NCBI GenBank assembly: GCA_963837915.1
Contig: CAWIPZ010000046.1
Span: forward strand, 469-64,468
DNA from: an uncultured Acidobacteriaceae bacterium
GTDB taxonomy: Bacteria > Acidobacteriota > Terriglobia > Terriglobales > Acidobacteriaceae
DNA length: 64,000 nt
Direction of reading: 5' to 3'
Part shown: positions 52,142 through 61,383 of the stretch, piece by piece
Layout of the letters: the number at the start of each line of letters is the position of its first letter
Numbering within the stretch: the first letter of the stretch is position 1
Made by a program: the position numbers and the translations under genes
Notes under the pieces: model-generated
The model's input: only the letters and a program-made list of their open reading frames with translations
Told to the model about the DNA's origin: nothing
Database searches by the model: none

Positions 52142-53238
52142 CCCGGAACTGGAAAGCAAACCTGAGCCGATGGGTGATTGCCTGCTGCTTCCTGCTGCTC
52201 AGCACTCCTTTTCTGGTCACCCCTGCGTGGGCCGCCAAGAAAGCCAATCCTGCGGGCGTACCGGGCCCCCCCGACTTGCTGCTGGAAGGCGGGCGCAAAC
52301 TGACCTTCGAAGGCAGCTTCGGCTCCGAAAAAGAAGTGCTGGGAAAGCAGAAATTCTGGACCAGGGTTTTCAATGCAGTAGCCGGAGAACCGGAATACCG
52401 GATAGTGGTGCGTCCGTATAGCATCGCAGTCGATTCCCATGGACGAGCCATCGTAACCGACCCCGGCGCGGCCGGGGTGCACATCTTCGACTTCGCGCAC
52501 CACAAATACAAGTTCATCGAGCGCAGGGAAAAGGAAAAAGATGCGATGCTGGCGCCACAATGCGTGGCCCTGGATGCGCAAGATAACATTTATGTCACTG
52601 ACTCCCGGTCGGGTAAGATCTTCGTCTTTGACCCGAGCGGCAAATACCAGCGCGCTATCGGCAGTTTGAAAGGCGGCGAAGGTTACTTCAAACGGCCCAC
52701 GGGGATCGCCGTGGATTCCGCGGCGCAGCGCATTTATGTGACCGATACCCTGCGCGACAAGATCTACGTGCTGGATATGCAGGGACAGGTACTGCAAACC
52801 ATCGGCAAGCACGGCAGCGGCAGCGGCGAATTCTACTACCCAACCGAACTGCACCTCGACAACAACAACCTGCTGGTGGTGGACGCGATGAACTTCCGCG
52901 TGCAGTGGTTTGACCGCAATGGCAATGCGGAGGGATCGATGGGCCAGATTGGCGACTCTCCTGGCCAGATGTTCCGCCCGAAGGGCGTAGCGGTGGATTC
53001 AGAAGATCACTTGTACATTGTGGACGGGCTTTCGGGTATGGTGCAGGTTTTCGATCGCGAAGGCCGCCTGTTGTACTTTTTTGGAAAAAGAGGAGTAGGA
53101 CTCGGCGAGTTCCAGTTGCCCACGGGTTTGTTCATCGACCACGACGACCGCGTGTTTGTTGTGGATTCTTTCAATCGGCGCGTGCAGGTATTTCACTATC
53201 ACGGACTCGCGAAGCCGGCGCGGGGAGCGACCCGGTGA
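52123..53238 (+). CDS. Secreted six-bladed NHL-repeat beta-propeller protein (paralogue of 46318..47580)
   Basis: Signal peptide (VIACCFLLLSTPFLVTPAWA) and six NHL repeats (e.g. RPTGIAVDSAAQRIYVTDTLRDKIYVLD). Overlaps the barrel gene by 19 nt. Confidence 0.85.
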   Translation: MVQRILARNWKANLSRWVIACCFLLLSTPFLVTPAWAAKKANPAGVPGPPDLLLEGGRKLTFEGSFGSEKEVLGKQKFWTRVFNAVAGEPEYRIVVRPYSIAVDSHGRAIVTDPGAAGVHIFDFAHHKYKFIERREKEKDAMLAPQCVALDAQDNIYVTDSRSGKIFVFDPSGKYQRAIGSLKGGEGYFKRPTGIAVDSAAQRIYVTDTLRDKIYVLDMQGQVLQTIGKHGSGSGEFYYPTELHLDNNNLLVVDAMNFRVQWFDRNGNAEGSMGQIGDSPGQMFRPKGVAVDSEDHLYIVDGLSGMVQVFDREGRLLYFFGKRGVGLGEFQLPTGLFIDHDDRVFVVDSFNRRVQVFHYHGLAKPARGATR

Positions 53239-55274
53239 AGAGCCTCGCGATTGTCGGCGCGTTGCTTTTCGCCATGGCACCTGTTCTTCTGGGGCAGACG
53301 CCGCAGGAGGACGTGCTAGGCATTCACAATCTGGGACCGGGCAGCCAGTCGCCGGTGACCGGGGCACTGCCCGCCTGCCAGTTCTGCCATGCTCCGCACT
53401 CCGGCCTCAACAGCACCAGCCTTCCTAACCTGCCGTTGTGGAGCCAGACGCTCTCTACTGAATCGAATTACACGCTCTACACTAGCCCGACCTTGGTGAA
53501 TACAGAACAGGAGCCTACGCTGGGCTCGGCCAGCAACCTCTGCCTTAGCTGTCATGATGGCACCGTCGCCCCCGGAACGAACGTACCTTATATCGGCCTC
53601 AAGATGAGCGGCTCGATGAACAGCCAGGATTTATTCATCGGCACGCTGCAGGGTATCCACCCGTTTAATTTCAAGCTCCCGCTGAATTGTTCGAACGACA
53701 ACCTGCTGTCGAGTCTTTGCAGCGGCGGCACGGGGAACCCGGCTGTGCCCTTGGTGAACGGCAACGTGCAGTGCAACAGCTGTCATAATCCGCACGCGCA
53801 GTTTATCGATCCAGTGCAAGGGGATTTTCTGGTGATGAACAACGCGAACTCGGCACTGTGCCTGTCCTGCCACGTGAGCCAGCCCTCCGACATTAGCGCG
53901 ATCCGCGTGCGAACGGCGAATACAGCTACAGCGCCTGCCGATGCTGGCACAGGTACAGGGATCAGCCGCTCTACGGGCAGCCAATACAATCCCTTCACTG
54001 CCTGGCGCGAGAGCATTCATGCGACGGCCGCCCACAAACTATCCAAGAACGCCAAGGTGGGACCGTACAGCACGGTGAATCAGAACGCCTGCCTCTCGTG
54101 CCACACCTCCCACAATGCTCCGGGCGGGGCGCAGTTGCTAGGTGGACCGATTCCAGCAATTCCAAACATGGACGCGGCTACGCAGAACTGCATTACGTGC
54201 CACAACGGCGGCACTAACCTTTCCCCGGTAATCCCCAATGTTTACGCCGAGTTTGCTAAGGTAGGCCATCCTTTTCCAGCAGGAAGCAACCGGCACAGCC
54301 AGCAGGAAAGCCTGGTGCTCAATAACGACCGGCACGCCACCTGCGTCGATTGCCACAACCCGCACGCCTCGCGACAGACTGGTTCCTTTGCGTCGACTGC
54401 AATTCGTCCCTCACAGAATGGCACAATTGGGGTCAGCGCGACGGATGGCACCGCTGAGGTGAATCCTGCGGCCGATCAATATGAGACTTGTCTGCGTTGT
54501 CACGGAACGAGCACGGGCAAGCGGGTTCTGGCCGTTTACGGCTATGCGCCGGTACGTGCGACGACCGGCGGCGACCCGTTAAACCTTCTGCCGCAGTTCG
54601 GGATTGCGGCGAGGTCGAGTCACCCGGTGATGCATGAGAGTAAGAGTGGGCTACCACAGCCCAGCCTACTCAAGTACATGTGGAATCTGGATGGCCGCAC
54701 CCAGGGGCGGCCGATCAGCGCGCGCATTCTTTGCACGGACTGCCACAATAGCGACGATAATCGGGAATTTGGCGGCACCGGACCCAACGGACCACACGGT
54801 TCGCAGTTCTCGCACATTCTGGAACGGCGTTACGAGTTCAGCCAGGTAGCGCCGGGCCTTCCGCCAGCTGCTGGTCCGGGAAGCACTATTCTGAATCTTC
54901 TTCCCCCGATTCTCGATCCCGGTGCCGGTGGACCTTACTCCTTGTGCGCCAAGTGTCACGACCTGAATGATATTGTTTCCAACGCCAGCTTCACCAAGCA
55001 CGCACTCCACATCAACGCGGGATTCTCTTGCTCGGTGTGTCACACGGCTCATGGTATGGCCGCAAATGCATCGAATCTCTCAGGCGAACGCATTGTCAAC
55101 TTCGATTTAAAGGTTGTGGCTGAGAACGGCACTTCGAGTTATTTACGCTCTCCTATTTTCTACAATCGCGGCACTAATACCTGTACCCTCACCTGCCACA
55201 ACATGAGCCACAACGCTGACGGTACGGTGACGCCGGGTGGTAGCGCCAAAGCGCCCGTGGCAGGTAAACGTTGA
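53235..55274 (+). CDS. Secreted multihaem c-type cytochrome with 11 CxxCH motifs plus one C-terminal CxxxCH
   Basis: Signal peptide MKSLAIVGALLFAMAPVLLG. Motifs: CQFCH, CLSCH x3, CNSCH, CITCH, CVDCH, CLRCH, CTDCH, CAKCH, CSVCH, and CTLTCH at 55182-55199. ATGA-type 4-nt overlap with the NHL gene. Confidence 0.88.
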   Translation: MKSLAIVGALLFAMAPVLLGQTPQEDVLGIHNLGPGSQSPVTGALPACQFCHAPHSGLNSTSLPNLPLWSQTLSTESNYTLYTSPTLVNTEQEPTLGSASNLCLSCHDGTVAPGTNVPYIGLKMSGSMNSQDLFIGTLQGIHPFNFKLPLNCSNDNLLSSLCSGGTGNPAVPLVNGNVQCNSCHNPHAQFIDPVQGDFLVMNNANSALCLSCHVSQPSDISAIRVRTANTATAPADAGTGTGISRSTGSQYNPFTAWRESIHATAAHKLSKNAKVGPYSTVNQNACLSCHTSHNAPGGAQLLGGPIPAIPNMDAATQNCITCHNGGTNLSPVIPNVYAEFAKVGHPFPAGSNRHSQQESLVLNNDRHATCVDCHNPHASRQTGSFASTAIRPSQNGTIGVSATDGTAEVNPAADQYETCLRCHGTSTGKRVLAVYGYAPVRATTGGDPLNLLPQFGIAARSSHPVMHESKSGLPQPSLLKYMWNLDGRTQGRPISARILCTDCHNSDDNREFGGTGPNGPHGSQFSHILERRYEFSQVAPGLPPAAGPGSTILNLLPPILDPGAGGPYSLCAKCHDLNDIVSNASFTKHALHINAGFSCSVCHTAHGMAANASNLSGERIVNFDLKVVAENGTSSYLRSPIFYNRGTNTCTLTCHNMSHNADGTVTPGGSAKAPVAGKR

Positions 55275-55567
55275 AGTGAATGGGGTTCCTCGGCGGAGTG
55301 GAGCTACCACCGAGGTACTCGCCGTCCAACCAGGACGGAAGACAAATCACCGCAGGGGCAAAACGCGCCCGCAGTGAGGAGAAAAACCCATTCCGCCCGC
55401 TCCCATTTGAGACCAGTTCACAGCGCATTTCATAAGTTACTGAAATCAGAGGCGTAATCCTCCAAGGCATCTGCATTTAGGATTTGGACGCTCTGGTGCA
55501 TTGGCAGTTGGACGAGCCTTTCGCACCGAACAATTCGGTGCGAAGACGGCGGACGAGGAGGGAGCAT

Positions 55568-55972
55568 ATGGAAGGGCAACGGCAGCAGAGAGTATTGATC
55601 GTTGACAACGATGAGCGCGTCTTGCGCGTCGTCGATGGATTCCTGGCGAATGCCGGTTTTGAAACGAGCACTGCCTCGGATGGAAACTTAGCACTCGATG
55701 TTCTAAAGTCGGAAGAATGTGATCTCGTGCTTGTGGCAGATCACCTTTCTGATTTTTTCCTCGACGGCTTCCTTAAGGCCTTACAGCAGTTTTCCATGCG
55801 GCCGGCGGTGATTGTGATGCAGTCCGAACCACCCAGATCGTGGGATGTGGGACCGTTCAGATCCCTCGGTGCAAGCGGACCGGTAAACAAATTCCGCCCA
55901 TGCGAGGTTCTGGGGGCGGCTAATGAGGTGCTGGCAGCTAGCCGAGCCGCGAGAATTGAATCCGTCAGCTAA
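55568..55972 (+). CDS. Stand-alone CheY-like receiver protein
   Basis: RVLIVDNDERVL...CDLVLVADHLSD...AVIVMQSE. GGAGGGAG RBS before the ATG at 55568. Confidence 0.7.
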   Translation: MEGQRQQRVLIVDNDERVLRVVDGFLANAGFETSTASDGNLALDVLKSEECDLVLVADHLSDFFLDGFLKALQQFSMRPAVIVMQSEPPRSWDVGPFRSLGASGPVNKFRPCEVLGAANEVLAASRAARIESVS

Positions 55973-56073
55973 AGTGACCTTTACTTTCGGATCATTCTAG
56001 GCAAAGCTTACAACAATCGTTTTCTCCACCTACCAAAAACGGTGCAGGTGCGGAGCAAACAGGAGTTCAAGAA

Positions 56074-56787
56074 ATGGTCGAAGAATCGAGGACACCGGCG
56101 GCCTCCAGGCTGGGCTGGCAGCCGAGACAGTTGGCCGTGATGTGCGTCGTGTGCCTCGCGACAGGGGGCGTGGCGGGCTACTTATTGCGAGGTTCGGCTC
56201 CCGCTCCGGTCCAGGCACCTGAGGCCAGGGCAGTGGCACCTGCAACTCCAACGCAGACTACAGGTGAATCTGCCAGTCAAATACAAGCGCAGCAGATGCC
56301 ACACAAAATGCCTACTTTGGACGACATGAAACGGATGGCGGACACGAAGGCTGCGCCGCTGCTGGCAAAATTGAACTCCGACCCAGAGAACCCCCAACTG
56401 CAGAACCAGATCGGTCTAATCTACAAGGGCGCTCATCAATTCAAGGAGGCCGCCGGATACTTTGAAAGATCGCTGCAGTATGATCCCAAGAACATCGGCG
56501 TGCGGGCTGACTACGCCTCTTGTTTGTATTACACCGGGGATGTGGACGGAGCGCTCGCGCAACTCGACAAATCGTTAGCTTACAATCCGAAACATGCTGG
56601 CACGCTGATGAACATAGGCATCATCAAGTGGCGAGGTAAGAATGACGTCGATGGTGCAGTGGCGGCATGGGAGAAGCTGCTGCAATACCATCCCGACTTT
56701 CCGCAAAAAGCCGTGGTCCAGCACATGATCACCCAGGCTAAACAAACGAAGACCGCAAAGACTATCGGCGAGGGACAAAAGGGGTAG
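56074..56787 (+). CDS. Membrane-anchored TPR-repeat protein (paralogue of 35137..35796)
   Basis: TM helix (LAVMCVVCLATGGVAGYLL) followed by TPR repeats. Shares blocks with the paralogue, e.g. YYTGDVDGALAQLDKSLAYNPKHAGTLMNIGIIKWRGK versus [38 protein letters not shown]. Confidence 0.7.
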   Translation: MVEESRTPAASRLGWQPRQLAVMCVVCLATGGVAGYLLRGSAPAPVQAPEARAVAPATPTQTTGESASQIQAQQMPHKMPTLDDMKRMADTKAAPLLAKLNSDPENPQLQNQIGLIYKGAHQFKEAAGYFERSLQYDPKNIGVRADYASCLYYTGDVDGALAQLDKSLAYNPKHAGTLMNIGIIKWRGKNDVDGAVAAWEKLLQYHPDFPQKAVVQHMITQAKQTKTAKTIGEGQKG

Positions 56788-56795
56788 CCCACCAT

Positions 56796-57824
56796 TTACA
56801 TTGCTAGCGGTCGCCCTCGGCTCTGCGGCGCCGGACAACAGTTCTCTGCGCATGTATCGGGTCGCGGCCCAAGCGATCCCACCGCTCGCCGCTCCCACCC
56901 CGGATTCATCCGCTCCAGAATCAGTTCGCGAATCATGTCAATGAATTTCGGATGCAAACCCGCGGTTCCCGCCCGCGTCATGGGCAGGCCCAGCGAATGG
57001 CATACCTGTCGAGCTTCCACGTCCAGGTCGTACAACACTTCCATGTGATCGGAAATAAAGCTGATCGGCGCCAGCACTACCGCCGACGCCAGATCCCTTG
57101 CCTTCACCTCACGCAGGTAATCGAGAATATCTGGCCCCAACCATGGCTGTCCCGGAGCGCCGCTGCGGCTTTGATATACCAATGCATCGTTCTTCTTCGC
57201 AAGCGCCAGTGAAGCAAGCATTCGCACTTCCTCCAGTTGCTTCACATAATCACTCGTGTTGGCCATGGCAAGCGGAATACTATGAGCCGTATAAATTACC
57301 TGCACATTTCTCTGCGCGTCCGCTGGAATGGCCCGCAGGGCATCTCGTACCCGTTCCACAGTGGCCTCGACGAATGCCGGATGGTTGAAGAATGCACGCA
57401 ACTTGTCCACTTCAGGAGCGCCCGGCCCAACTTCGCGTTGTGCCCGCGCAATGTCCTCGCGATACTGCCGGCATCCTGAGTATGAGCTGTAAGCCGAAGT
57501 CACGAAGCCCAACGCCCGCCGAATGCCATCCTGTTTCATTCTTCGCAAAGTCTCAGGCAGCAGGGGATGCCAGTTGCGGTTTCCCCAATAGATTGGCAGG
57601 TTGGGGCCATTTCGCTTCAACTCAGCTTCCAGGGCGGAGATCAGTTCTCGCGTTTGCTGGTTAATCGGGCTCTTGCCCTCGAAATGGTAGTAGTGCTCGG
57701 CTACTGCGAGCATGCGTTCGCGCGGAATATTCCGTCCGCGCAGCACATTCTCAAGAAACGGAATCACCTCTTCACGAGATTCCGGTCCGCCGAAAGAAAC
57801 AATCAGAACGGCATCGTAATTCAT
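56796..57824 (-). CDS. hemH: Ferrochelatase
   Basis: MNYDAVLIVSFGGPE...IYTAHSIPL...SFISDHMEVLYDLD are typical HemH blocks. Confidence 0.9.
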   Translation of the reverse strand: MNYDAVLIVSFGGPESREEVIPFLENVLRGRNIPRERMLAVAEHYYHFEGKSPINQQTRELISALEAELKRNGPNLPIYWGNRNWHPLLPETLRRMKQDGIRRALGFVTSAYSSYSGCRQYREDIARAQREVGPGAPEVDKLRAFFNHPAFVEATVERVRDALRAIPADAQRNVQVIYTAHSIPLAMANTSDYVKQLEEVRMLASLALAKKNDALVYQSRSGAPGQPWLGPDILDYLREVKARDLASAVVLAPISFISDHMEVLYDLDVEARQVCHSLGLPMTRAGTAGLHPKFIDMIRELILERMNPGWERRAVGSLGPRPDTCAENCCPAPQSRGRPLAM

Positions 57825-57953
57825 ATCCTGATTATCGATCCCTCATCAATATACGACCTGGCGGAGAACGCTGAAGCGGCTAAGCAGTAGCCCGGCGCAG
57901 GAAATGGAACCCCGGAGCATCTGCCCCGGGGTTTCGAGTCGGCTTGCGTTGCC

Positions 57954-58280
57954 TCAGGCAGCTAACGCATCGACGAAGTGCTCACAAACTGAGGTCTCGA
58001 GTTTGTAGTAGTTCACCTTGACTGGTGTGGTCAGGAATGGCTTCAGGATGTCCAGAGCCTTGGGATAGAACTCTCTCTCATAGCGATCGGCATCCGATCT
58101 GGTCGCCCACAGGCTGATGGTGATTACCTTCTCCTCTCTCGTCTTCTCAGGGAAAAAGGGCAGAATCTCCAGGAAGCCGGTCTGCTTCTTGAGGATGGGC
58201 ACGATTTCGTTCTTTACGACCTTCACGAACTCTTCTTTCTTTTCCAGTTTCACTTCAAAATCAAGAATACGTGCAAACAT
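57954..58280 (-). CDS. Small ABM (antibiotic-biosynthesis-monooxygenase-like, ferredoxin-fold) domain protein
   Basis: 108 aa, with MFARILDFEVKLEKKEEFVKVV...ISLWATRSDADRYE resembling ABM/Dabb-fold proteins. The assignment is by general resemblance only. Confidence 0.45.
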   Translation of the reverse strand: MFARILDFEVKLEKKEEFVKVVKNEIVPILKKQTGFLEILPFFPEKTREEKVITISLWATRSDADRYEREFYPKALDILKPFLTTPVKVNYYKLETSVCEHFVDALAA

Positions 58281-58553
58281 GATGGTTCTCCTTTTCGATT
58301 TGAAATAAGGGTTGCTGGCGGAGGCCCTCGGTTTAAGGAGGGTTCAGTGTTTTCCGAATGCCGGGAGGCTCGGGCCGAATCAAAAGTTAGCACAATTGGT
58401 TTTGCCGATGCAGTGACGGATGACTGTCAGCGCGGTGCACTATGTCACAGAGTTCGATGAGCGGACCGCCAGGAGGGCCCCAGGAACATCTTCCCTTGTA
58501 ACGGTGGAGCGAAGAATGGTTCGCACGGATTTAGAGAGCCACTGAACCGGTGA

Positions 58554-59036
58554 CTACGACTTATCTTCGAAGTTGCCCGCCTGCAAGGATAGGTAGCGCT
58601 CATAGCCTACTTCTTTGATCTGGTGAAGTTGCGCCTCCAGCCAGTCCACATGGTCTTCTTCATCCTTAAGCAGCTTCACAAGGAGGTCGCGGCTGCCGTT
58701 GTCTTTCTCCTCTGTCGCGATCTGCACTGCAGTGTTGTACTGTTTGACCGCCCCGAGCTCAAGCTCCAGGTCGCTCTCAATCATGTGGCGAACGGTTCCG
58801 CCAACGTTCAGCTTTAGAGGTTCCATGGAAGGTGTTCCATCGAGGAAGAGCACCCTCTCGATCAGAACTTCGGCATGCTTCATCTCATCGATGGATTGTT
58901 TCTTGATGTAGTCGGCGAGTTTCTTGTAGCCCCAGTTCTCGCACATTTCGGCGTGCACAAAATACTGGTTGATCGCCGTGAGTTCTTCCCGCAGAGCGTC
59001 GTTCAGCTCTTTGATTACTTTCGGATTACCCTTCAT
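58554..59036 (-). CDS. bfr: Bacterioferritin
   Basis: MKGNPKVIKELNDALREELTAINQYFVHAEMCENWGY...IDEMKHAEVLIERVLFLDG is a canonical Bfr sequence, including the haem-ligand Met region. Confidence 0.92.
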   Translation of the reverse strand: MKGNPKVIKELNDALREELTAINQYFVHAEMCENWGYKKLADYIKKQSIDEMKHAEVLIERVLFLDGTPSMEPLKLNVGGTVRHMIESDLELELGAVKQYNTAVQIATEEKDNGSRDLLVKLLKDEEDHVDWLEAQLHQIKEVGYERYLSLQAGNFEDKS

Positions 59037-59179
59037 TTAGAATTCCCTTCTTTTTCGAACTAGAAAACGGCAGCAATTGTACACCCCATGCGCTTGTCCA
59101 TGACGTGGTGAAACAATCACAACTCGGAACCAAACTCGATGCGAATGCCTACTAACCGGGGAGACCGGCGCGCGCGGCC

Positions 59180-61324
59180 ATGGTCTCGACATTCTTGCAG
59201 AAGCAGGGTGGGGTTACGGTGACGGGCGGCACGATTGCCTGTGATCAGCATCACCTACCGGCGGTCCTTTACAGGCAAGCCGGTTCCGACATAGATTTAA
59301 GGACCGACAGTTCGACAACGGAGTGTATGTCCCCACGTCCCTCTGAGCACAAGCGAACCAAAACCTCAGCCCCGGCCATAACCATGGCTGAGGTCCTGCT
59401 TTCGACCGACCTCTTGGAGACCCTCCCGGATGCTGTCGTCGCCGTCGATCACGACGGAGTCATCGTCCAAGTAAATTCGCAGGCACAAGGGTTGTTTGGC
59501 TATGAGCGCGACGAATTGATCGGCCAGAAAGTCGAAATGCTTGTCCCAGAGAGTTATCGTGGCAAGCACCACCATCACCGTGAGAACTTCGCAAAGACAC
59601 CGAAGACGCGGCGCATGGGAGCAGAGCTGGATCTCTATGGAAGACGGCGGGATGGCGCGGAATTCCCGGTAGAAATCAGTCTCAGTCCCGTCTCCACCGA
59701 GAAAGGCGCGTTCGTGCTGAGCGCGATCCGCGACATCAGCGATCGCAAGAGAATCGCGGAAGAACTGCGCCGAGCGAACGAAGAACTGCACAGAAGAACT
59801 ACCGAACAGCTGGGAGAATATCGATCGCGACTGGCCCTGATCATAGATTCCTCCGAGGACGCCATCCTTAGCAAGGACTTGAATGGCACGATTACCAGTT
59901 GGAACAAGGGAGCCGAGCGCATCTATGGTTACACGCCAGAAGAGGCCGTTGGAAAACACATATCGCTTTTAATTCCCGCTGACCGTCCCGATGAAGTCCC
60001 TCAGATTCTCCGGAAAATCGCCCGAGGGGAAGGAATTGACCATCACGAATCTGTGCGGGTAACCAGGGATGGCCGCCGCCTGGACGTGTCCGTTTCCGTC
60101 TCTCCCTTGCGCAATGCAGCCGGCGACGTCTTGGGAGCGTCAGTAATCGCGCGCGACGTCACGACCCAAAAACGGACTGAGAACCAACTCCGACAATCCC
60201 AGAAGATGGAAGCAATCGGCCGATTGGCTGGAGGAGTGGCGCACGATTTCAATAATGTCCTTGGCATTATCAACGCATGTGCTGAATTTCTGCGCGACCG
60301 CATCGATCCCGCCGCCGAACCGTCGATCTATGTCGAGAACATCAGGAAAGCAATCGGGCGCGGCACCTCACTGACGAAACAATTGCTCGCCTTCAGCCGG
60401 ACGTCTGCCGTTCAACCCCGCGTCCTCGATCTCAACGAACGACTGAGGGACATCAGCAAGCTGCTGCGTCCGCTGCTAGGAGAAGATGTTGAGATTCTCG
60501 TTGTGCCCAGAACGACCTCGGCGGTGGTCGAGGCCGACCCTGGCCAGCTTGACCAGATCGTGGTCAACCTAGCAGTGAATGCCCGCGATGCCATGCCGCG
60601 TGGTGGCAAGTTCATCCTCGAAACCGGCGCGATCACATTGGACGAGGGGTTCGCCGAGCAAGATCAAGCCATGGTGCCGGGAAAGTACGTCATGCTCGCG
60701 GTTAGCGATACGGGCACAGGCATGAATGAGGGCACCGTGTCGCGGATTTTCGAGCCTTTCTTTACCACCAAAAAGGCGGGCAAAGGAACTGGCTTGGGCC
60801 TAGCCACGGTATATGGCATCGTCAAGCAGAGCGCAGGACACATAATGGTCTACAGTGAACCCGGTCAGGGAACAACGTTTAAGATATACCTCCCGAGCGC
60901 GGAACATAAGATGGGAGTCGGTTCCAAGGTTGAAACGGAGACCATCAGCCCGAAACGGCAAGGCACTACGATTTTGCTCGTAGAGGACGACGAGATCATG
61001 CGCGGCTTGACTCGAAAACTTCTCGAAGAACACGGGTATAGCGTAATCGAGGCGGATGACGGCAAGTCCGCGCTCGAATGGGTCAATTCGCATCCGGATC
61101 CGATTGATCTGTTGTTGACAGATGTAGTGATGCGCCGGATGAGTGGTCCTGAACTAGCCGAGCACCTGAGCACCTCTCACCCGACGCTGAAAGTCGTATA
61201 CATGTCAGGCTACACTGGCGAGCTGATGGCCAATCGTGAAGTGTTAAAGCCCGGTGTAACTCTCCTTGAAAAGCCCTTTAGCCGAACTGCGCTGCTGAAC
61301 ACGATCCATTCAACGTTGGGGTGA
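59180..61324 (+). CDS. PAS/PAC hybrid sensor histidine kinase with a C-terminal receiver
   Basis: Two PAS domains, H-box GGVAHDFNNVL, HATPase_c (GTGLGLATVYGIV), and a receiver (TILLVEDDEI...DLLLTDVVMRRMSG). The start is uncertain, with alternative ATGs at 59327 and 59384. Confidence 0.85.
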   Translation: MVSTFLQKQGGVTVTGGTIACDQHHLPAVLYRQAGSDIDLRTDSSTTECMSPRPSEHKRTKTSAPAITMAEVLLSTDLLETLPDAVVAVDHDGVIVQVNSQAQGLFGYERDELIGQKVEMLVPESYRGKHHHHRENFAKTPKTRRMGAELDLYGRRRDGAEFPVEISLSPVSTEKGAFVLSAIRDISDRKRIAEELRRANEELHRRTTEQLGEYRSRLALIIDSSEDAILSKDLNGTITSWNKGAERIYGYTPEEAVGKHISLLIPADRPDEVPQILRKIARGEGIDHHESVRVTRDGRRLDVSVSVSPLRNAAGDVLGASVIARDVTTQKRTENQLRQSQKMEAIGRLAGGVAHDFNNVLGIINACAEFLRDRIDPAAEPSIYVENIRKAIGRGTSLTKQLLAFSRTSAVQPRVLDLNERLRDISKLLRPLLGEDVEILVVPRTTSAVVEADPGQLDQIVVNLAVNARDAMPRGGKFILETGAITLDEGFAEQDQAMVPGKYVMLAVSDTGTGMNEGTVSRIFEPFFTTKKAGKGTGLGLATVYGIVKQSAGHIMVYSEPGQGTTFKIYLPSAEHKMGVGSKVETETISPKRQGTTILLVEDDEIMRGLTRKLLEEHGYSVIEADDGKSALEWVNSHPDPIDLLLTDVVMRRMSGPELAEHLSTSHPTLKVVYMSGYTGELMANREVLKPGVTLLEKPFSRTALLNTIHSTLG

Positions 61325-61383
61325 AGGACTCGGTTCCTAGAGTCACAGCTAGCCAGGCGCCGGTGCCCAACAACCAATCGACT

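Noticed and set aside
57829-57839. tgattatcgat just upstream of hemH, reminiscent of a Fur-box hexamer (GATAAT)
   Set aside because: Only one hexamer-like unit is present and it overlaps the ribosome-binding region. There is no 19-bp Fur palindrome.
58434-58449. GGTGC-ACTATG-TCACA between bfr and the ABM gene
   Set aside because: One half-site is degenerate (GTGC) and no second supporting feature was seen. It is left as a weak candidate only.
59107-59121. GGTGA-aacaa-TCACA upstream of bfr, resembling the CRP-type box
   Set aside because: The spacer is 5 nt rather than 6. All other boxes have N6, so it was not counted.
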